NCBI RefSeq assembly: GCF_001194135.2
Contig: NC_068990.1
Coordinates: 49,255,583-49,319,582 of the forward strand
DNA: 64,000 nucleotides
Direction: 5' to 3'
From: Octopus bimaculoides
Lineage: Eukaryota
In this document: piece after piece, positions 36,696-48,788 of the stretch
How positions within the stretch are numbered: position 1 is the first letter of the stretch
Layout of the letters: every line of letters begins with the position of its first letter
The notes under the pieces: generated by a model
Databases searched by the model: none
Seen by the model: the letters and a program-made list of their open reading frames with translations, nothing else
Told to the model about the DNA's origin: nothing
Program-made: the position numbers and the translations under genes

Positions 36696-38038
36696 CTAAT
36701 ATTACAAAATAAAAACAAAGAAAAATATCAAACATCATCATTATGTTTAAGTACCAATTCAGAACACAAAAATATAGCCCCCATAACCTGAAGCTGCACA
36801 AACAAAGAATATATTTGGAGAAAGTTAGGAATGCTTTAAAATTTAGATCTATTAAGAAAAAATATATAATGCTACCAATCTAATCATTCTCTTAATCTAT
36901 TTAAGAAATAAAGTTGTGTTAAGCCATGTGATATATCCATAACATTATCTTAATCATTTGGATTCTTTTTAATCCTTGTTACCACATTTATGCTGAAATA
37001 TATTGCTTTGTTCCAATTAATGCTAAAATTGATAAAGAATTTATTAGAACAATTTTGCCATTATTAAGTTGGTATTTAGAAATTAAAACATGAAATTTTG
37101 CTGGAACATTGTTTAGATAACTTTAAAACAGAGAATCTATATCATAGAACCATGGACCGTTTCAGGTAGGTTGGTATCGATAGGGTAATATATCATGCCA
37201 ACAGAGTGGGAGTTCACACAAATATAATTTCAAAGCAACTAACTGATGGTGAGAATGAATAGATGGCTTACTGAAACTTATAGATAAGCTCTCATAACCA
37301 TCTGATATAAAATAGTAGACAATCAATAAAGTTAAAATTTAAATGTACAAGTTTTGCCAGGAAAAAAAAAAAAAAGCAACTAACTGGAGAATCAATAGCA
37401 ATCAGTGATTAAATGAAGCAGGTAAGATGAATTTAAACCAAATTTGATCATTTGTTTCACATGTTTTTCCATTTTAGCATGGAATCAATAGAGACATGAA
37501 ACATTTGATGACTGCCTAACTCCACCCCTCACTTTTCAAAGACAAATGTTGAGGAAACAAAAATTTACTTAGAATTGTAATTACAAACTAATGACAGATA
37601 CTGGATATGACTTGGAAGGTAACCACTCTAAGAATAAACCAAAGATAAAGAGAAGCAGCAACTAGGAGAGAATACAGATTGCTGGGTCTAACAAAAGAAG
37701 GAATGAGAGTTTAAGATGCATGAAAAAGGCTATTTTGTTATTTGGGATGGTTAAAATAACCTAGCAGCTAATAATTTTCTACTTCATTAAGTCATTAAAG
37801 AAAAACTGAGCTGCCAAACCAGCAAATACAAGCTTAAATTTTTACTGTTATATATCAAGATACACTGCAAGTTTAAATATTCTACAGTTATGATCAATAA
37901 CTAAGAACCAAATGGTTTTCAATCCCAAAGTCAGATAATAGCTCCACACTAGAGTAGATCTAGACAAAGTAGCTTACAATCCTAAACATCTTGGCAAAAT
38001 TCATTAAATTTTTCATTATTATTAGAATTAATATATTA

Positions 38039-38263
38039 TAAATTCCTTACTACCCACAAGGGGCTACACACAGAGGGGACAAACAAGGGCAGACAAACGG
38101 ATTAAGTCGATTATATGGACCCCAGTGCGTAACTGGTACTTATTTAATCGATCCCGAAAGGATGAAAGGCAAAGTCGACCTTGGCGGAATTTGAACTCGG
38201 ATCATAACGGCAGACAAATTACTGCTTAGCATTTCGCCTGGCGTGCTAACGTTTCTGCCAGCC
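38039..38263 (-). mobile_element. tRNA-derived SINE forming the 3' part of a chimeric insertion
   Basis: Head ggctggcagaaacgttagc, B box gagttcaaattcc. Confidence 0.88.
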
Positions 38264-38283
38264 TTTTTTTTTTTTTTCTTCAC

Positions 38284-38401
38284 GTTTACAGCACCTAGGT
38301 TTCCCAAGCAGTCACCCATCTAAGTACTAACTAGGCTCGACTTTGCTTAACTTCGGTGATCGGACGAGAACTGGTGTTTTCAAAGTGATATGGCTGTAAA
38401 T
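38284..38401 (-). pseudogene. Full-length 5S rRNA-derived sequence (retrocopy or 5S-SINE head)
   Basis: TTTACAGCCATATCACTTTGAAAACACCAGTTCTCGTCCGATCACCGAAGTTAAGCAAAGTCGAGCCTAGTTAGTACTTAGATGGGTGACTGCTTGGGAAACCTAGGTGCTGTAAAC; box A and box C are recognisable; solitary copy with no T-run terminator. Confidence 0.93.
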
Positions 38402-39073
38402 TCTATTATTAGAATTAATATATTACGAGATAAAATAATTCACTTATAATTAGCATTGATTTTCTCATGTCATAGGTGCTATCTGACAAAAGGTAGGGTT
38501 ATTTTAATGTGCAATCTTGTTCTTGCAAATTCAACATTCTAATATGTTACCTAATTTCTGAATTCTTTCTTTGTCACTGTCACAATTAACTTGACCTAAG
38601 ACAAGTGCCTTCTACTATAGCTCCAAGGCTGGCCAAAGCCCATGCAAACAGAAACTGAAAGTCTATCTTTGTACATATGTGCCACTTGACTTGACATTGC
38701 ATGATAGTTGAAAAGTGTCACCATCATACACTTGTTTCCAATATTCCATGAAAGCATGTTCAGTTATGGGGAGATATCTAGGTTGGAAGCAGGTGACAGT
38801 TGATCAAGGAAAGGCATCCAACCATAAAAAATCTACCTCAATGAATTCCATTTGACCCTTGCAAGCAAGAAAAAGTGAGCATTAAAACAATTTCAATCCT
38901 TCTGATTCATGGTGTGTTGTGCATAAAATGTATATACCATTAATCCTTTGTTAGATAGCATGGGTAGAACTAAGCCAAAGTTGATGCTTATTCAAACTAG
39001 AAAGATGAAGACAACTAAGAACACAAACCAAATCTGAATATGTTTCAAGGAAAAAAAAACTGCAAGATCCATA

Positions 39074-39428
39074 TCTTTTACTTGCTTTGTCAATGGACTG
39101 CTGCCAAGCTGGTGCACCATCTTAAAGAGTGTGGTTGGACAAACCAAACCCTGCACTTATTTTCTTTTTGAGCATGGTACTTAGAATAGGTTTCTTTTTG
39201 CTAAACTAAATTATGTGGATGTAAACAAACCAACACAATTTGTGAAAATGGTGGTGGGGGTAAAAATATACATATACACACAAAGGGATTCTTTCAGTTT
39301 CCATCTACCAAATCCACTCACAAGGATTTGACCAGCCCAGAGCTACAACAATTTCCACACAGTGGGACTGAACCCGGAACCATGTTGTTAGGAAGTAAGC
39401 TTCTTGCCATACAGCCCTACTTGTGCCT
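39074..39428 (-). mobile_element. tRNA-derived SINE (same family as 1654-2071), diverged
   Basis: Homology by inspection. Confidence 0.75.
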
Positions 39429-40000
39429 AGATAAAGATTCCAAAGGGATTCAAACCCTTGATTTCCAGTTTACTAGACTGGTATGTTGAGGAAGAGACAT
39501 TTTAGCCAGTTAAGTACACAAAAAATTTACGTTTTCATACAAAAAAAAAATAAAAAAAGAAAATTGAATAGAAGTTTTGTGTTCTTAAATGGCTAAAACA
39601 CTTGTGTGATCTAATAATTTCAGATTCTACAGTCTCATCAAGACACTTGTCAAACAAATACAACTCCAAAATTATCTTATTTGTTTTCATGTCCATATTT
39701 CCATATTAGCATGGGTTAGATAAATATACTGAAGCAGTTTTACAGCTAATGCCCTTCCAGTCACTAACCCATGTTTTTCAAAGGGATCATTTCACTTATC
39801 TATCATGAAGATACAAAACCAGCAGATGATCTGTTGAGAGGAAATGATATGATTGTGAGCAATTCTAAGATAAGAACAAATGTGAATACACAAGTATACA
39901 ACAGATTGACACACATTTCTTAAAATGCTGAGATATAAAATTATGATATATGTAAACAAAGTTTGCTTTTTTAGAAGTATTGAGATGTATTGAAATATAT

Positions 40001-40477
40001 AGATATGGAAATGTTTTATTCTCAAACACATAATAATGCTGAATAGCATAAATAGCATAGAACATCCTTATATTGCAGAAGAATTTATTAGTAGCCAGCC
40101 ATGAGACCCAAACTCACATCTCTGTGATTACTGGTCATAGTGCTTTACCTTTAAGCTGAACTGTCTACAAACAAATTCTTCTGCAATTTTTGAACTTATA
40201 AATTTAGCTTTTATAGATGCTATATGTGAAAGTACGATATATGTAAAAAAATGTAATTTCACATATAGCGTCTATAAAAGCTAAATTTATAAGTGCAAAA
40301 ATTGAAGAAGAATTTGTTAGTGGGCAGTTTAGCTTAAAGGTAAAGCACTGACGGGTAATCACAAGGATGTGAGTGAGTCTCATGGCTGGCCGCTAACAAA
40401 TTTTTCTGCAATATAAGGATGTTCTATGCTATTCAGTATTATTATCATGCATTTGAGAATAAAATATTTCCATATCT
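40001..40477. repeat. ~477-bp palindrome whose arms each contain a tRNA-like sequence
   Basis: agatatggaaat...aacatccttatattgcag pairs with ctgcaatataaggatgtt...atttccatatct; central spacer ~40232-40256. Confidence 0.9.
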
Positions 40478-40620
40478 GTGTGATAAGAAGCTTGCTTCCC
40501 AACTACATGTTTCTGGGTTCAGTCCCACTGCATGGCACCTTGGGCAAGTGTCTTGGGCCAACCAAAGCCGTGAGTGGATTTGGTAGACAAATTGAAAAGA
40601 AGCCTGTTTGTGTGTGTGTG

Positions 40621-40657
<37 letters not shown>

Positions 40658-40790
40658 TGTCCCCATCTTTGCTTGACAACTGGTGTTCATGTGTTTACAA
40701 AGTCCTGGGGTTGATTTCTTCAACTAAAACCCTTTAAGGCAGTGCTCCCACATGGCTGCAGTCAAATGACTGAAACACGTAAAAGAATAT
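40478..40790 (+). mobile_element. tRNA-derived SINE (same family as 1654-2071)
   Basis: ctgggttcagtcccactgcatggcaccttgggcaagtgtc head, (TA)n, 3' domain. Confidence 0.8.
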
Positions 40791-42117
40791 ATTTAAACAT
40801 GGAAATGTCAAGAATGCTATGCAAAGGTAGTAGAATATAATTCTGTAAAGTGATGGATGCAACCATACAGAAAATACTATCATTGTATCAAGTTTGTATC
40901 CTGCCATACAAAAATTTAAATATAATGCACAAAGAAAGTCTTCAAGCACAGATGTGCACTGGTCAATGCTAATAATTTTGACCAGCATTCTGACAATGCT
41001 ATCAGATTATGTAATGAGAGCTGGTAACTAATCAACTGTGGATTAAGTACTTAGGAATCAGCCATTTGACCCTTCCCACTCTACATTAACAAACTTATGA
41101 TTGCTAACTACACATTGCCCTTTGACATTAAAGTCATTCTACACTCCATGAGCCAAAAAAAAAAACAAAACTCAAGTCAATCAACTTTTAAGAAATAGCA
41201 ACCAAGTTTCTCTTAAATCACACTTTATTATAGTAAGGAATAGATAATTTATATCTGATATAATTTATGTCAGAATATAAAAAGTGGGAACGATCAGAAT
41301 TGGAGCTCATTTCTCATAGTTCTGCTCAGAGTTGGGCTGGGGCAAAACTGTAATACACTCCATTCAGTTTCCAAGCATCATTGCACAAAACTTCAATAGC
41401 CTTTTATTTTTTTAAATTTCAGCATTTATAATAAAACTCAACAATCTTCAAAAAGTGTCAAACTACATAACTAAAATTCGCAATACTTCATTGCTATTCA
41501 TGAATAGAGTTAAAACCAAATATCTCCACCTTAGAAATTTGCTTTTTCCGGTGGAGCAGCTCAAATTATTTATACAGGAAAAATTATCACCAAGAATGAG
41601 TTCACTTCAGAGATAAAATTCTTCTAAACAATAATTTACAAAAGATATTTCTTTGTTCCTTTTGTATCATGTTTTTCCATGCTAGGATGACTGAGATAGT
41701 GACTGAGGAAGAATTCTTTTTACAGTTGGATGCTGTCACAAACCTTTACCCATTTCTCAAGTAAGATATTTGAAAGTGCAAAGCTAGCAGACAATTTATT
41801 GACAAGAGAATTTGACAAAACAAGTTGCAGCCCAGCTACAAATAGTAACATTACCGTTTGTAGCTGTAATTCAGCAGAGATTGTAAACATTCAGACACAC
41901 ACGCACATATCCGAAAATGAGGACTTTTGGCAAAAAAAAATTACAAAAATAAACAAATTTGGGAGAAAATAGGGGAAGGTCTTTCCACATTTTCATTTCA
42001 AACTTGTTTGAATTTTCAATCTAATGTAATCCACACTATCTCGAAATCGTATTTCTGCAAAATGTCATCTAAAATTATGGGTAAAAAAAGAAATAGCAAA
42101 AAATATTTGAAAATGGG

Positions 42118-42600
42118 GGTGAAATATCCGAGGATTCCACCTCACTGTTTTCCGGACCCAAAATGGGTTTTGTAGCATATTAGGTCACCGGAATTCAGTC
42201 AACGAAAAAAATTTCCAATGACTCCAGGATATAGGGGGAGTCCAGTTTCCCCTGAACAAAGGAGTATATTAGGTCAGGGTACTTGTTGATTCCATGCCAA
42301 AAAATGAGTGAAAATCGTGCAGGTGAAAGATCAATGGAGGCGAGGGAGTGAAATTCCGAGGCTTCCACCTCACCTCGTTTTGCGAACCCAAAAAAGGGTT
42401 TTGTAGCATTTTAGGTCACCGGAATCAATTCAACGAAAAAAAATTTTCCAATGATTCCGGGATATGGGGAGGGGTCCGCCCCCCCTTTTTTCGAACAAAA
42501 GGAGTTTGCAGCATATTAGGTCAGGGTACTCGATTCCACGCAAAAAAAACCGAGTTTTTCTTTTTCTTAGTGAAACTTCGTGCGGGTGAAAGGATCAAAT
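42118..42600 (+). repeat. Two diverged ~230-bp tandem units
   Basis: gtgaaat(a/t)ccgagg...ttttgtagcat...aggtcaccggaat repeated at 42120 and 42348. Confidence 0.85.
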
Positions 42601-42630
42601 ACCTATTTTATTTTTTTCCACTTTACATTC

Positions 42631-43873
42631 CCAGGTAAACGTTTCTAATACAAAGGCAGAAGACACCAGTTGCAAAAATAAGGAATATACACGCACAGTT
42701 AAATATAGAAGTGTAAAGTATAATTTGTTACATAATCTATAATAAACATAGTATTGAATGAAAATTCCCCGTTCGAACTTTTTTTTTAATTGTGTATAGA
42801 AATCTACGGATGCACAAACGCACAAAACAGAAAATGAAAAAATATGGACGACTTGTTCCGAAACATCCCTGAGTGGGGAACGGTTCTCAAAAATAACTCT
42901 CAAAATTCCTATGTCCACGGAATCTACATAGTCCGAGGTATATTTGTATAAGATATTAAAAAATATCCATTTTCTTGAAAGACGAATTGAAGTGGACTCC
43001 GGTGAATTTTTCGAAATTCCCTGCCCTCCTAAAGCACTTTCTCCAAAAAGTTTTGTATATTCGGAATCTACATGATATAACACATTCGTAGAAAATTTAA
43101 TTTAAAAATATCCATTTTTCTGAAAGTTATGATCATCCAAAGTCGGGGGCAGAAAACGGCATAACTACAGATTTCTGCCCCCGCCGACTTTGGATGATAA
43201 CTTTCAGAAAAATGGATATTTTTTCATGAAATTTTCTACGAATGTGTTATATCATGTAGATTCCGAATATACAAAACTTTTGGTGAGAAAGTGTTAATAG
43301 GGGGTGGGGCATAACTACAGATTTCTGTCTCCCCACCGACTTAGGATCATCATGACTTCTAGAAAAATGGATTTTTTAAAAATGAAATCGTCTACGAATG
43401 TGTTATATCATGTAGATTTCGAATATACAAAACTAGTGGGGGAAAGTGTCTTAGGAGGGGGTGCGTAATTTCGGAAAATTCACCGGCGTCCACTTCAATT
43501 CGTCTTAACTTTCAAGAAAATGGATATTTTTTGACGAAATTCTCTACAAATATACCTCGGACTATGTAGATTTCGAGAACAGGAATTTTGGGGGAAAACT
43601 GGGGGGTTATTTTTGAGAACCGTTCCCCACTCGAGGGTGTTTCGGAACAAGTCGTCTATATTTGTTTCATTTTATCCGATTTGTGCATCCGTAAATTTCT
43701 ACCACACACACATACACGTAATTAAAAAAGTTCAAACGGAGAATTATTTCATTAATGTGTTTATAATAGAGATTATGTAACAAATTATACTTTACACTTC
43801 TATATTTAACTGTGCGTGTATATTATATTAGCTTCTGGTGTCTTCTGCCTTTCTATTAGAAACGTTTACCTGG
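42631..43873. mobile_element. Foldback-type element with long modular inverted arms
   Basis: Termini ccaggtaaacgtttctaat / attagaaacgtttacctgg; symmetry centre near 43160; the right arm has an extra ~150-bp module. Confidence 0.9.
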
Positions 43874-43990
43874 AAATTTACTTTACCTTCATCCCTTAAA
43901 CCACTGGGGTTTACTAGTCACCTAGCAGACAGATTTTTCGTTTAAATTTTTCACCGACTCCAATAACCCATTAAGTTTCAATCCAGTACA

Positions 43991-44035
<45 letters not shown>

Positions 44036-45241
44036 CGTTGAAACTCAAGTTGATTAAAATAAAAAATCTAAGGCAAAAAAAAAAAAAAACTATGTGTAAT
44101 AAAAGAGTATGGATAATAGAGTGATAAATCTGGAAGATAGATAAATAACCAAAGGTCAAGATTAAGAAAACAATTGTAAAGAGAAAGGAAGTCATCTGAA
44201 TGTGACAGTTAATCTTATCTTCAGAACTATTTTATGACTGGCTGGGAGGGGATTATCTATCACTGCCTTTTTAATAATACATTATTACACAAGCATACGA
44301 CACAATAAGCTGGGAACACTCCAAAAGAAATCTAAAGAACAAAAAAAAAAAAAAGAAAGCTAATATGTCAACCTAGCACATTTAAAATCATGTTTCTGCT
44401 GTATTACATTGTAATTAAGGAGCAAATATACAAATGTGATCAAGGAAAAGAGAGTTATAGAAATTAAAACAATATTTAATACGGATGCGGTGGGGGCAGG
44501 AGAGTAGATTCTACAAAGTAGAGAAACTGTCAGCTGTGTAAACTGTGTCCAGTTTAAACCGTATTAAAACTTGCCCACACAAGTTAGTGTAGAACACGTG
44601 ATTTAAATCCCATGACAAATGACACCTGCTTGCTTTGAAAATGACGTTGCAAAGATAAGCCAGCTTAACTAAAAAAAAATTTTTCAACCACCAAATTTTA
44701 TTTACAACCGGGATATATTACAAACAATATCTTTTATTTACGAAGTTACAAAGTCGAAATAAATTTTCCGCAGCCAAGTTGATTTTATCAAGTTAAATCT
44801 AAACAATTAAGAAAATTTTTTATATGTATATATATGTATATAAATAAATAAATCAATCTGCAACAAAATTAATGAGAATTTTAGAAGTGATAATAAAAAT
44901 ATAGGCTCAACGAGTTTTCTGTATTATAGACAGAAGTGTGGGTGGGTGTTAACAATAAACTAGTTGTAGGACAAATGATAAATGCGTAATTAGCCAGCAG
45001 GCAGGTCATATTACATAAAATAAAGTCAAACCAAGGCTGGCCTATTACATAGCATAAATATGTAAGCCAGTATGAAAATATAAAACAATAATTCTCATTA
45101 ACAATCTTGATTTTAAATAAAGAAAGCGTTTACATGTTTTGCTGTTGTTATTTTTAAATCTAATGACTCGTTTTTTTTTTTATATTATAATTATTATACC
45201 CCAATAAATGAAGAAAAAAAAAAGATAATTGAATTACTTAC

Positions 45242-45278
45242 AAATCAAAACAGCAACACATATTAGGATAGACTTCAT
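45242..45278 (-). CDS. LAMP1: LAMP-family gene, coding exon 1 (signal peptide MKSILICVAVLI(L))
   Basis: aaaATG, hydrophobic stretch, T|gtaagt phase-1 donor that joins exon 2 in frame. Confidence 0.88.
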
Positions 45279-45654
45279 TTTGGAGTGCAATTATCAAATC
45301 AGTGGTGACAGGCTATCCGTGTCGTAGCAAGCTAACGCCTTCAATTGGTCTACGAGGAAACAGAAGGGTTAAAATATGTGTATTAGCAGTAGTAGAAAAA
45401 TAAAGGATTTTTTTAATAATGTCGACAAAGGTTACATCATTTCAAAGAGAAGGTGAAATATATTACAGGAGAAAAAAACCCAAACAAACTACTACTACCT
45501 TTTCCTGATTTCACTACAAGTCCAGAAGAGATTCGCAGACCAACTACAATGAAAGCAGCTAAATCACATGAATATTTATTTTCACGTGACAGTACGACTG
45601 CGCACGCATCTACTTCCACTTCCTCTCTAAATGTCTATAACTTCCGGCGTAGCG
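45279..45654. promoter_or_regulatory. Bidirectional promoter of LAMP (-) and COPS9 (+)
   Basis: TCACATGA 45564-45571, TCACGTGAC 45582-45590, TGCGCACGCA (NRF1-like) ~45599-45608, ACTTCCGG (ETS) 45640-45647, local CpG enrichment. Possible LAMP 5' UTR intron at 45350-45498. Confidence 0.8.
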
Positions 45655-45723
45655 ATGAATTCTGCGGTCGTTGCTGATGAAATGTTTCCCGAAGGGGTCG
45701 GCACATATATGGATATTGAAGAG
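45655..45723 (+). CDS. COPS9: COP9 signalosome subunit 9 (MYEOV2), exon 1
   Basis: MNSAVVADEMFPEGVGTYMDIEE|gtatac; matches the known COPS9 N-terminus (DEMFPEG). Confidence 0.96.
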
Positions 45724-46780
45724 GTATACTCCTTACAAAGAAGCACTTTTTATCTTTTGTTGTTCGTTACGCTACTATAACATTCGCTTATAAAGAGTAT
45801 CTCCAGATGGTTTTCTAAGAGTCACCAAGTTACATGACTAAATGTGCTGGCAAAAATTTTATATTTTGTACAAATCCTTGGGTAGGAGAAATGCAGTAAC
45901 GGTTTTGTAATAGGTCTGATGAAATTAAGAAACACCTGATTGACATTAGCTTTGGTTGATGGCATTAAGGCTTGTATGGGTTCAAAAATAAATGTCAACA
46001 AATAAGAGTTATGTACCCTTCGATAAAATGTGTTTGGTAGGACAATATTTTTTAAGTAGCTGGCTCCGTGCCGTCAAAAATGACGGCTAATTGTGGTATT
46101 TTATATATAAATATGAATGGTAAATCAAATTGATACACTTGCCAATGTTCACATACATTCACATCGTTCCCTTGTACACATAAACATTTTGATTTGTTTT
46201 TTTCAGTGTTGAATGTTCACCATCCCGCTTCCAGTTTGATATCACCCCTTCCTTTCTAATTCATGTTGTGACGGAGAAAAAAACATAAGAGTATTATTAT
46301 AGTAGATTATAAAACCTACATACATGTCATCATTTTTGTCAGTAATTAACAGAATTACGTCTTACTTTCTCATGGTTTCCAACCATACGGTCTTACAACT
46401 CGTGTTTTTTTTTTTCTCTGGAAGGTGAGGGACCTTTATTGTTTTCTTTCTATGGCCGAGTGAAAAAATCAAATTGTCGAACCTTGGATTTTCGACAACT
46501 GTGATATATTATTAATTGAAGTGTTTGTTAATGTTTGGTAACAGAACTGCTGAAACTTTATTACTAGTTATTTATTCTATTACTAAATTAGGAAGTATAA
46601 TTCACTCCTATTGTTAGCCATATAAGAATTTAAACTAAATGTAGCACCTCCATTTTCACATGCAATTGTTAACTATTATTGGTTTCAAATTTTGGCACAA
46701 GACCAACAATTTCGGTGACAAGGATCAATCGATTATATCAACTCCAGTGCTCAACTGGTACTTATCTTATCGATGACCCG

Positions 46781-46871
46781 TCCTTGTTTTCTTTGTATCG
46801 TCTATCTGGATGTTTTGTTGTCACTTTCTTGTATCATTTGTCTGGATGTTTTGCGTTCTTGTCCCATTTCG

Positions 46872-46902
<31 letters not shown>

Positions 46903-48664
46903 AGCATAACTATACAAGAATGCTTCACGTTAACTACCGTAATAAACACATTTTTACCGAATGCGAGGGAATGTAACCTTCAAAGAATCGGCGATCTATA
47001 GTTAAGTCTGTTTTTAAAAGGCTAGCTTCTTTGAAGGCTGCATTTCCTCACATTCGGTAAAACACATATATATAAATACATACATATATATATATATAAA
47101 TACATACATATATATNNNNNNNNNNNNNNNNNNNNNNNNNNNNNNNNNNNNNNNNNNNNNNNNNNNNNNNNNNNNNNNNNNNNNNNNNNNNNNNNNNNNN
47201 NNNNNNNNNNNNNNNATGTATATATATATATATATATGTATATATATGCATATATATATATGTATGTGTAAATTGGATAAACTGGATAAATTTGGTGTTA
47301 TGTTTATCATTGATGTTACGAAACCAATCTACTACCTGTAATGAGTTTGACCACAAACTAAGTTTTAATTTTTTGACTAAAGTAGGTATATATTTGTCTA
47401 GGATGTTTTTACTCAGAATACCTATGTCCGATTTAGATGGAGAAATAAGACGTAATTTGGGGCTATTCCAAAAGTTTTTCTTATGGACCTTTAAAACAAA
47501 TCGGGGTTGCTTAGGGTCCAAAGGTTCAGTCCTCTTTTGTAAGTTATATTTCTCCATGATTTTTTTTTGCTTTCAGGTTAGCTTTCCTAAGTGCTGTTTT
47601 ACTTGTGATTCGATAGTTTTTTTTCTATTTCTCTTTTGAGGAATTCGTTATGTTCCTTAGATAATTTATACATGTTTCCTGTTTTATCGGACGGAAGTAG
47701 TATGCCATCAATGTTATTAATTTCCTTCGTGATGTTGTTGAAGTATCTGAGGTGATTATTTCTTAATGGTGATTTATGGAACTTCACATTTTTCACTATT
47801 GACCAAAGATCTTCTACGAATTGCTACATATATATATATCATCGTCGTCGTCGTCATTTAACGTCTGCTTTCCATGCTAGCATGGGTTGGACGATTTGGC
47901 TGAGGACTGGTGAAACCAGATGGCTACACCAGGCTCCAATCCGATCTGGCAGAGTTTCTACAGCTGGATGCCCTTCCTAATGCCAACCACTCAGAGTGTA
48001 GTGGGTGCTTTTACATGCCACTGGCACAAAGGCCAGTCAGGCGGTACTGGCAACGGTCACGCTCAAAATGGTGTATTTTATGTGCCACCCGCACAAGAGC
48101 CAGTCCAGGGGCACTGGCAACGATCTCGCTCGAAAGTCCTTACACATGCCTTGGGCACAAGTGCCAGAAAGGCGATGCTGGGCACACGTGCCATCACGAT
48201 TTCGCTTGCCCCATGATTATAAAAATTTAGTACTATCCCTATTAGGAGATGAGACATACTACGAAAGAGCCCAACATTATAATCAACCAAAAATAATGAA
48301 TAACCTCAGGACATTACTCAACTCATACCGAGAAGGACTCACAGACAAGGAGTACGATTACATCACCAACTTCAAGTGCAAGTCAAGTTTATTCTACGGT
48401 ATCCCTAAAGTCTACAAAAGCAAAGTAATTAGTGAAGCATGTAAAAAAGCTACTGACGTAATCATGCTCTTAGTTTAGTTTTTCCTTGGGCAATCTCGAG
48501 TATAACCAGCCGAAATTGCAAAGATAATCTGGAACTCGACTGAGGAAAGAAAACTCTGAATGACTCCTCCTTGTTTTCTTTGTATCGTCTATCTGGATGT
48601 TTTGTTGTCCCTTTCTTGTAACACCTAACTGTCTGGATGTTTTGCGTTCTTGTCCCATTTTGTA
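46781..48664. mobile_element. Penelope-like element mosaic (two RT fragments in opposite orientation, flanking direct repeats)
   Basis: Minus 47290-47800: PSDKTGNMY, LKVHKKNF, RLISPSKSDIG, WSNSLQVVDWF. Plus 48213-48470: SLFYGIPKVYK. ~95-bp direct repeats at 46781-46873 and 48568-48664. Confidence 0.75.
47838..48210 (-). mobile_element. RTE LINE 3' UTR copy
   Basis: Close reverse-complement match to 560-926. Confidence 0.88.
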
Positions 48665-48739
48665 TTTTCATATATATATATATATATATATAAATATATA
48701 GCGGCGTACGTATTGGTCTCTTATATGTANNNNNNNNNN

Positions 48740-48788
<49 letters not shown>

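Noticed and set aside
38284-38401. Functional 5S rRNA gene
   Set aside because: Solitary, intronic, has no T-run terminator, is followed by A14 and is enclosed in a TSD; treated as a retrocopy.
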